Assembly: GCF_000223395.1 (NCBI RefSeq)
Contig: NC_015931.1
Location: 425,292-457,291, forward strand
From: Pyrolobus fumarii 1A
GTDB lineage: Archaea > Thermoproteota > Thermoprotei_A > Sulfolobales > Pyrodictiaceae
Length of the DNA: 32,000 nucleotides
Direction of reading: 5' to 3'
Every line of letters starts with the position of its first letter. The stretch's first letter is position 1. The notes under the pieces were generated by a model. That model was not told where the DNA came from. It saw only the letters and a program-made list of their open reading frames with translations, and did no database searches. The translations under genes were made by a program, and so were the position numbers. Of this stretch, positions 25,712 through 32,000 are shown piece by piece.

Positions 25712-26197
25712 CTAGAGTGTGATTGGTTTTGGTGGTGTTCTTGTCGTCTTGTCGCATAGGGTCTCCGCCCTGTTTATCCTCTGCTGCTCTTCGTGCGGGA
25801 TTGGCGTGTATATCGTCGTGTATCCTCTCCTAACCGAGTACATGGCTGCTATTATGGAGGCTAGTTTGCGGCCCCCGGTGACGTCTATTATGGCGTGTTT
25901 GGCGCCTCTCGTTGCCTCCTCTAGCTTCTCGAGGAGCTCGTTTATGCCCTCCTCGTCCGTGACGTCGTCAACCCTCAGCGCGTGCACGTGTATCGTGGTG
26001 CTTGGCGCTAGTGGTGGTTTGTCCGTGCCGGGGCATGGGCAGGTCCTGGCTATCTCTATCGCCTCGTGTACTGGTGCCCGCCTAGTCGCCACGATGTGAA
26101 CCTCTGTGGGTGTAGCTGCGTTGGCACGTAGCGCGCAGAGCACCGTGTGGAGGACTCCCGGAGACATCCCGAGTAGCACGACGAGCCTTGTGCCCAC
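25712..26197 (-). CDS. Stand-alone CARF-domain protein (Crn1 / Csx14 / NE0113-like)
   Basis: 161-aa ORF with a GTG start. The N-terminal LVVLLGMSPGVLHTVLCAL and the later IIDVTGGRKLASIIAA are the two signature motifs (L-G-T/M-S-P-G-V and D-x-T/S-G-G-R-K) that I recall from small CARF proteins such as Sulfolobus ring nuclease Crn1. No effector domain is fused. Confidence 0.7.
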   Translation of the reverse strand: MGTRLVVLLGMSPGVLHTVLCALRANAATPTEVHIVATRRAPVHEAIEIARTCPCPGTDKPPLAPSTTIHVHALRVDDVTDEEGINELLEKLEEATRGAKHAIIDVTGGRKLASIIAAMYSVRRGYTTIYTPIPHEEQQRINRAETLCDKTTRTPPKPITL

Positions 26198-26278
26198 GGC
26201 GCCGCGCCCCCGTGGTAGCCTTTAGCGCGTCTCGCGCTTGTTGTGCCCTCTGCCGTGGCGTAGTCGCGCTCTAGATTA

Positions 26279-27961
26279 GTGTGGGTGTCTTTCCCCTCCT
26301 GCTCGAGGCGGGGCTCTGGCTGCATGGAGGGTCATGAGCCTCTCCTGCCTCTCTATGCTGGTGTTGGCGTCGCGGCTGTGAGGGTGTTCGGGTGGAGTGT
26401 TGGGGCGGATGGCGTCCCGGTCTCTTGGGACCCGTTGGAGTGGATGGCTTGGCTCCGTTGGCCCCGCGAGGCTGTGGAGGCGTTCTCGACGCTCTATGGC
26501 CGCGTGTCAAGCGGGTGCGAGCGTGTCTCCCTGGTCTACCTGGACGCGGGGTCTCGCTCGTCGCCAGAGGCCCGCCGGAGCGTCTTCGCCGTGAAGCTCG
26601 CGGTGGTGCACCGGGTGTCGGTGGGTGGCGTTGTTGAGGAGCGTGTTGTGCACCCGTTGTTGAGGGGTGAGGGTGGGGCGGGGCTCCCTCTGCTCGTGGG
26701 CCGCGGGGGAGACCGGGCGAGGCAGGCTATCACCTACATTGTGGAGCTCGGGGCTGTCTACTCGCTGCTCCGCGGTGGTTGCGTGCTAGTCCTTAAGCAC
26801 GGGCCTCTCGCGCAGCAGCTGCAACAGTACCTGCGGCCCAGCTACGACCTTGACGCTGACGTGCTGCACTCTGCGCTCGTATACTCGGGCGTCGAGCGCG
26901 ACGAGGCTGACGCGATTGTGGATGCGGCTAGGGTTGAGGGTGGGATGGTCAACGCCGGTGTGGCTATACTCGAGCTGCTCTCTCGCATAGCGCGTCTAGC
27001 CGCGAGCGACGGGTCTGTGGCGGTGGCGGGCGTCACTGAGGACGTGACGGGTAGCCGTGTGCTAGCCTCGAGGCTCCTAGCCGAGGCTGCGAGGGCCGCG
27101 CTCGACGCGTATGAGGGCGGTGTGTTGAAGATCGACGGGCTGCGCTCCACAATCGCTCCGAGGATAGCGAGTCTCGTGAGGCTCGGCCGCGCGGCGCTAG
27201 ACCGTCTGTGCGGGGACGGGGGGTGCCTATCCAGGTGCCTGGGCCTAGGCGGCATGGATGACCGGGAGCTGCAGGCGTTTACGGTTGGTCTCGTGGAGGC
27301 GCTCCACCGTAGGCTCTTCTACGAGAGGCAGGTGCCGCTAAGGTCGGCTTCCATTGCTGCGCTCGAGGCGGCGGTATACACGGAGGTTGGCAGGCTCCTC
27401 GAGACTAGCGACGCGTCCATAATCCTCGCTGGGCATTGCCTCGCCGGCCCCATAGCCGTGACGAGAGCCTGGCGTAGGGACGCTCTGCTCGAACTCCTAA
27501 AGTGGACCGTGAGCGACGTTAAGCGCGACGTGAAGAAGGAGCTTTTGACTAGCTTCGCAGACGTGTATGCCTATGTCGTGCCGGGGGATCCGCCTACATG
27601 CGCGCGGATAGAGGAGCTTCTCGAGTCGAGAGGGTTGGCGGGGAGGGTAGACCCGTGGCTCCTCGTTAGGCTCCAGAGGGTCTACCCGCCGGTCCGCGTC
27701 GACACCGTCGCGCCCAGTGGCGAGGAGGAGGGCGTGGCGCTCGAGAAGCTGAGGGGGCTAGCTGCGCTCGTCTACCTGGCCTCCAGCGTATCCCTCCACG
27801 GGTACCCGGCTGGGCTCCTGGTGGCTGATGCCAGGTCTCGTGTGACGCTAGGCGAGGCGTCTATACTCGAGGAGCTTGCGAGGAGGCTCGCAGAAAGGTT
27901 ACAGCCCTACGCGGCCATCCTAAGACACTGGAGGTTGCGACGAGCAACGGTGGTAGACTAG
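26279..27961 (+). CDS. NurA-like nuclease-family protein (tentative)
   Basis: 560-aa ORF (GTG 26279; ATG 26324 is the likelier start). Its stop lies 2 nt before the HerA-like start. Motif-level resemblance to NurA: LVYLDAGSRS (compare x-D-G-S), VAGVTEDVTGSRVL, and the C-terminal SLHGYPAGLLVADARSRV (compare G-Y-P-x-x-L-x-x-A-H/D). It is larger than the NurA proteins I know. Confidence 0.45.
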   Translation: MWVSFPSCSRRGSGCMEGHEPLLPLYAGVGVAAVRVFGWSVGADGVPVSWDPLEWMAWLRWPREAVEAFSTLYGRVSSGCERVSLVYLDAGSRSSPEARRSVFAVKLAVVHRVSVGGVVEERVVHPLLRGEGGAGLPLLVGRGGDRARQAITYIVELGAVYSLLRGGCVLVLKHGPLAQQLQQYLRPSYDLDADVLHSALVYSGVERDEADAIVDAARVEGGMVNAGVAILELLSRIARLAASDGSVAVAGVTEDVTGSRVLASRLLAEAARAALDAYEGGVLKIDGLRSTIAPRIASLVRLGRAALDRLCGDGGCLSRCLGLGGMDDRELQAFTVGLVEALHRRLFYERQVPLRSASIAALEAAVYTEVGRLLETSDASIILAGHCLAGPIAVTRAWRRDALLELLKWTVSDVKRDVKKELLTSFADVYAYVVPGDPPTCARIEELLESRGLAGRVDPWLLVRLQRVYPPVRVDTVAPSGEEEGVALEKLRGLAALVYLASSVSLHGYPAGLLVADARSRVTLGEASILEELARRLAERLQPYAAILRHWRLRRATVVD

Positions 27962-27963
27962 CC

Positions 27964-29997
27964 TTGAGCAATGTACAGCCCATGGGCTACATAGTGAGGC
28001 TCTCGAGCTACGTGGAGGCGGAGGCCGTGGCGCTGACGCCGCTCGAGGAGAGCCTCCAGAGGGGCCAGATAGTAGAGGTGGTTGACCACAGCCAGGGCGG
28101 CGCGAGGTACCTCGCGGTCATAACGGACGTCTCGGAGACCGAGCCGCACCCCCTCATAGACCCGGAGGCGTTCCAGGCCCTCCTCCGCGAGGCTAGAGCC
28201 GAGCACGTTGATACGACCGAGCTCCTCCGCGCGATGCTCGACCCCACGAGCCCCTTCCGCTTCGCCACAACAGTCCACCTCAGGCTACGCCTCCTAGGCA
28301 GGTTGGTGGGCGACGCACTCGGGGATATCGGCAGGCCGCCTAGACCCAGGTCCACCATCCACCTGCCCGAGGCGGGCCTACTAGAGCAGCTCCTCTGCCC
28401 TAACCGCCCCAGTGTGGTCCCCATAGGGAGGCTCTCGCTGAGGAGCGACGTGAGAGTCTGCATAGACCTCGATAGGCTCAACACGCACATGGCGGTCCTC
28501 GGGCAGACGGGGTCGGGGAAGACGGAGACCGTCAAGAGGCTCGTCTACGAGACTATACGCTCGTGGCTGGCGCGGGGCACCCCACGCCGAGGAGTCATCG
28601 TGATGGACGTCGCAGGGGAGTATACGGGCTACCCCTACCGCCCGCCGAGCGCCACACCCCTCCTCGAGGCCCTGGCGCGCCACGGTATACAGCCGCGCCT
28701 CACGATAATCGTGCCCTTCGACCCGCTCTACGCGCACCCTGCTCTCGTCGAGGCCGGAGTAGCCGAGCTGGCAGGGAGGCTCTCGAGGCTATACCGTGGA
28801 GCCCGCGCGGCGGGCGTAGTCCTCCACGCGAGGAGCCCGACAGCCACGCTGGTACACCCGCCGCCGCGCACCGAGCTAACCCCCGCCGAGCTCCAAGCCC
28901 TCCTCGCCACCGCCGAGATGCTCGTAGTGGCGGCGCCGCTGCCCGACACGCTACCCCTGGGCCTCCTCCTCGAGCTCGGCGCGTTCAACGAGGACGCGGA
29001 GTACACGGCTGCCCTACACGAGGCCCTAGAGGAGCTAGAGGAGTATAACATCGTGTCGTCGGTTACGCTGCTAAGCGAGCTGGCTAGGATAGCTGTCGAC
29101 GCCCGCCCCCGCAGCAGAGACTTCACATACCCCACGAGCATAGACACAACCTCCATATGCAGCGCCGCCGACGAGGCCCAACTGCTGAACGCGATAAGGT
29201 CGCAGCTGTCCATGGCCATAGGGGCTGACCCTCAGAGCCTAGCCGGTACTAGGCTACAGGAGCCCAGCGTGTGGGTATCGAGGCTGACTGGCGACTACCT
29301 CGACCCAAGCCTAGAGGCCCTGAGGGCGACATGCGCCTCGAGCCCGGGGCGCATACGCGAGAGGCTCTTGGGCGTGGCGCGAGCCGCCTACCGCATAGCG
29401 AGGAGCGACGTGAGATCCAGGAAGGCGCTCTACAGGAGGCTCTCTAGGATAGCCAGGGTAGCGTCACCCGCCCTCAACCCGCTCGCGGCTAGACTCATAG
29501 CCTGGAGGGTCTACAACGGCTTCACGATACTCCACCTGGCGCCGCCCTCAGTAGGCGGCGTCAACCACCCGCTCGTAACCTGGCTCCTCAACGAGGTGTT
29601 CGAGGAGGCTGTTAGGGGCTACACGCTCGACCAGAGGATGCTCGTTGTCGTAGAGGAGGCTCACAACCTGGCACCGTCACGCGAGGACACCTTCTCCAAG
29701 AGGATGTTGGTCAGGTACGCGAGGGAGGGGAGAAAGTGGGGACTAGGCCTCGTGATAGTCACGCAGAGGCCGGTCGGCGTAGACCCCACCATACTCAGCC
29801 AAACAGCCACACTAGTAGCACTCCGCATGACAAACCCGGAGGACATCCAGGCGGTGAAAAGCAGCGTCGAGAGCGCCACAGCAGAACTCGTCGAGAGACT
29901 ACCAGACCTAGACCGCGGCGAGGCACTAGCCTCGGGCAACGCGCTACCAGAACGCCGCATACCACTCCTAGCCAGGATAGACATGGTCGGCCACTAG
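27964..29997 (+). CDS. HerA/DUF87-family (FtsK-HerA superfamily) ATPase
   Basis: 677-aa ORF (TTG 27964 or ATG 27982). It has an N-terminal HAS-barrel-like segment GYIVRLSS...GQIVEVVD...YLAVITDV. Walker A context: CIDLDRLNTHMAVLGQTGSGKTETV (nt 28501-). Walker B: MLVVVEEAHNLAP (nt 29638-). The stretch YAREGRKWGLGLVIVTQRPVGVDPTILSQTATLVALRMTNPEDI is typical of HerA. Confidence 0.85.
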   Translation: MSNVQPMGYIVRLSSYVEAEAVALTPLEESLQRGQIVEVVDHSQGGARYLAVITDVSETEPHPLIDPEAFQALLREARAEHVDTTELLRAMLDPTSPFRFATTVHLRLRLLGRLVGDALGDIGRPPRPRSTIHLPEAGLLEQLLCPNRPSVVPIGRLSLRSDVRVCIDLDRLNTHMAVLGQTGSGKTETVKRLVYETIRSWLARGTPRRGVIVMDVAGEYTGYPYRPPSATPLLEALARHGIQPRLTIIVPFDPLYAHPALVEAGVAELAGRLSRLYRGARAAGVVLHARSPTATLVHPPPRTELTPAELQALLATAEMLVVAAPLPDTLPLGLLLELGAFNEDAEYTAALHEALEELEEYNIVSSVTLLSELARIAVDARPRSRDFTYPTSIDTTSICSAADEAQLLNAIRSQLSMAIGADPQSLAGTRLQEPSVWVSRLTGDYLDPSLEALRATCASSPGRIRERLLGVARAAYRIARSDVRSRKALYRRLSRIARVASPALNPLAARLIAWRVYNGFTILHLAPPSVGGVNHPLVTWLLNEVFEEAVRGYTLDQRMLVVVEEAHNLAPSREDTFSKRMLVRYAREGRKWGLGLVIVTQRPVGVDPTILSQTATLVALRMTNPEDIQAVKSSVESATAELVERLPDLDRGEALASGNALPERRIPLLARIDMVGH

Positions 29998-30227
29998 CCC
30001 CGCAAGTTCAGAAACACCGATCCTTATGCTAGTCGAGCTGGGCGGCGCAGCAAGCTATCCAGGCGTGCTCACAGATATGCAGGAACAACGATACGATGCT
30101 AATATGGGCATGGGGGGCGGAGGCCACGACTATGCCCGTGTCCAGATAGAAACGGTAACCATGTAGAAAGCCATATGCATGAGAGCCCGTGCAGCACTAC
30201 CTAACCTGGCTGGTGATCGCTTCCTCT

Positions 30228-31403
30228 TCAGGGTTTGTGCCCATGCAGCTTGGCCACGGCTTCCTGGTATACCCTGTGCGGGTCTAGATCGAGGAGAGTC
30301 TCTACACCCTCCCGGTATCCCAGCTCTATCACCGTACGGTAGACTGGGTATTGGGGCTTGTAGCGTATGCCGTCGCGCCCCCGCGGGTACACCGGATAAA
30401 CTATGTTGTAGGTTGTGAGTATCTGGCCTAGTGCGTGTAAGTGTGGCTCGCGGAGAGGCGCGATGTCGTTGTTTATGAGTTCGTAGGCTAGTCTTATCAC
30501 TTCTCGCGGCTCAAGCTCACGGCGGAAGATCTCCGCGCTTAGCACGTTCCTAGCCCGGCTGAGCCCAGTCTCAACCTCCGCTATCCACATTGGCACACGT
30601 TCCTCCACCACTGTGTTTCTGTCGAGCATGCACAACTCGGGCAGGTAGCCAGGCGTCCCGCCCACAAGACCCAGCACCTCGTCCACATCTACACCGCAGC
30701 TTTTCAAGCTCACATACTCCTTGTAGAGAGCCCTGAAATGATCGACATCCAGATGCTCGACTAGCATCCATGCCGTGGAGTACCCGTGGAGCTTTGACAA
30801 GACGAGGTCTGTAGCCGTGAAACCCTCGCTTACAGTTAACACTATAGTGATGTTCGAGTAGTGCGGATCCTTTGCTAGTAGGCCTGCGAGAGCCTCCAGG
30901 TCGTCAAGAGCATCGAGGTACTTGCTCGCCGGGTCGCTTTTATGCATGTAGCGGGGCAGCAGGTGGAACTCGTCTATAAAGAGGATTATCCGCGTGGAGG
31001 CATACTCGCGGATAACGTCTATGAGTACATCGATGGCATGGTATGTCAGCTGGAGTAGCCCAGTAGACCTATCGTCGAGGTCTTTGAGAACTTCCAGAAG
31101 CCGCTCGGCTAGATTCTTTTTATCGACTAGTAGACCTCTCGTCTCAAGCGCCCTGACAAGATGCTGACCCCGGAGCCGACGCGCATCCACGTACACGGCT
31201 GCTATGCGGCCACGCTCTTGTAGCCCCCGGAGCCAGTACCGTACGAGCTCGCTCTTCCCGACGCCACGCGGCCCATAGACTATAACCGTCCTATGAGAGA
31301 AGACGAGTTTATCCAGCCTCTCGAGCTCCACGAGCCTATCGTAGAAGGCTGTGCCCAGCCCCGTACGGTAACCCCGATCAACATACACCGCTACCATCTC
31401 CAC
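30228..31403 (-). CDS. Archaeal ATPase family protein (PF01637-type)
   Basis: 391-aa ORF with YRTGLGTAFYDRLVELERL, Walker A VIVYGPRGVGKSELVRY and Walker B ILFIDEFHLL. It is closely paralogous to 20490-21509. Confidence 0.85.
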   Translation of the reverse strand: MEMVAVYVDRGYRTGLGTAFYDRLVELERLDKLVFSHRTVIVYGPRGVGKSELVRYWLRGLQERGRIAAVYVDARRLRGQHLVRALETRGLLVDKKNLAERLLEVLKDLDDRSTGLLQLTYHAIDVLIDVIREYASTRIILFIDEFHLLPRYMHKSDPASKYLDALDDLEALAGLLAKDPHYSNITIVLTVSEGFTATDLVLSKLHGYSTAWMLVEHLDVDHFRALYKEYVSLKSCGVDVDEVLGLVGGTPGYLPELCMLDRNTVVEERVPMWIAEVETGLSRARNVLSAEIFRRELEPREVIRLAYELINNDIAPLREPHLHALGQILTTYNIVYPVYPRGRDGIRYKPQYPVYRTVIELGYREGVETLLDLDPHRVYQEAVAKLHGHKP

Positions 31404-31559
31404 GGGTTTTACGCCGCCCCGGCAGCGTATAAGACAGTGTGAGTATGCCCGTCTACCACTGCAGCCCCACAGCTACAACAATGGAACGATTACTTGGGGG
31501 TGCCTTGCCAGGTTTACCGCGTGAGCATTCGCCCTGACCTAGCGCTGCCCTCCTAGAGG

Positions 31560-31715
31560 CTACCTGAGATAGACTCGAGCTATACCACGAGAGTGGACGA
31601 CAACCCTTCCCTCTAGGTGGTCATCCCTCAGCCTCACAGCGTGCTCAGAGTACGCCTCGGGGATAACCCACTTTATGATCACACTCGCATCGGCTACAAC
31701 AGGCTTAGCGCGCAT
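31560..31715 (-). pseudogene. Truncated PIN-toxin (vapC) remnant
   Basis: An ATG at 31715, 11 nt inside the 3' end of the antitoxin gene, opens MRAKPVVADASVIIKWVIPEAYSEHAVRLRDDHLEGRVVVH. This is a typical PIN N-terminus, but the frame stops after 51 codons (TAG 31560-31562). Only about 150 nt remain before the next gene. Confidence 0.4.
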
Positions 31716-31929
31716 CCCTATCCTCCCTTACAAACTCGGCAGCAAGGTTGCCCTCCACCCGGCCTATACTCCGCCGGAGCCTCTCCATCTCATCTCTAAG
31801 CCTACGCGCCTTCTCCCTCCTGACAAGCTCCTCTAGGAACTCCCTAACAGCCGCAGAGTAGTTTATACCGAGCCTCTCCAGCTCCTCCTTAAGCCTCCTT
31901 GGCACCCTCACACTAATGACGACACTCAC
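31705..31929 (-). CDS. Ribbon-helix-helix (CopG-like) antitoxin
   Basis: 74-aa ORF. MSVVISVRVPRRLKEELERLGINYSAAVREFLEELV is a classic RHH beta-strand plus two helices. It is followed by the PIN remnant. Confidence 0.7.
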   Translation of the reverse strand: MSVVISVRVPRRLKEELERLGINYSAAVREFLEELVRREKARRLRDEMERLRRSIGRVEGNLAAEFVREDRDAR

Positions 31930-32000
31930 ACGTCAACACCCACGTATACACGCACTGTAAACAGTAAAACGCTTACCTCGCAGCAGGTCGCCACGCCACT

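Noticed and set aside
26392-29984. Numerous alternative-frame and antisense ORFs inside the NurA-like and HerA-like genes (for example 26842-27255, 28008-28535, 28563-29048 and 28728-29219).
   Set aside because: They are Arg/Pro/Ser/Ala-rich shadow ORFs. The long frames carry the Walker A/B and other family motifs.
1-32000. A search by eye for tRNA, rRNA or other structured RNA genes in the intergenic regions.
   Set aside because: I noticed no T-loop-like GTTCRANYC context, rRNA-like conserved blocks or convincing cloverleaf stems. A covariance-model scan would be needed to exclude them.

Overview
This is a high-G+C archaeal chromosome segment that reads as a defence/accessory island. It has a crenarchaeal flavour: a CRISPR repeat ending in ATTGAAAG, PaREP1-like genes and PF01637-type 'archaeal ATPase' genes. 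The species cannot be assigned from the sequence alone. (1) There are two CRISPR arrays. Array 1 lies at 407-5126 (70 repeats, read on the minus strand) and array 2 at 12274-13532 (19 repeats, plus strand). Their 25-nt repeats differ at a single base, and each array has a homologous 260-bp leader. They are transcribed outward from a ~6.9-kb core that holds two cas6 paralogues, a cas6 remnant, a PaREP1-like gene, an archaeal-ATPase gene and two HEPN-MNT pairs. The window contains no adaptation genes (cas1/2/4) and no effector genes (Cas3/5/7/8, Cas10/Csm/Cmr). (2) At 13.6-16.8 kb there is a five-gene operon, visibly A+T-richer in its promoter-proximal part, encoding an ABC ATPase, a polytopic membrane protein and three exported proteins. 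(3) The 17.2-32 kb stretch carries a 574-aa CARF-PIN fusion, a VapBC pair, and DUF104- and RHH-type antitoxins next to decayed PIN genes. It also carries an extended UPF0175/DUF3368 pair, two more archaeal-ATPase paralogues, a second PaREP1-like gene and a gene split at a G5 run. The most interesting candidate is here: a small stand-alone CARF protein (Crn1/Csx14-like) transcribed divergently from a tightly abutting (probably translationally coupled) NurA-like/HerA-like nuclease-ATPase pair. All functional calls rest on motif recognition by eye and on gene context. Nothing was checked against HMMs or databases, and all counts and coordinates were derived manually.
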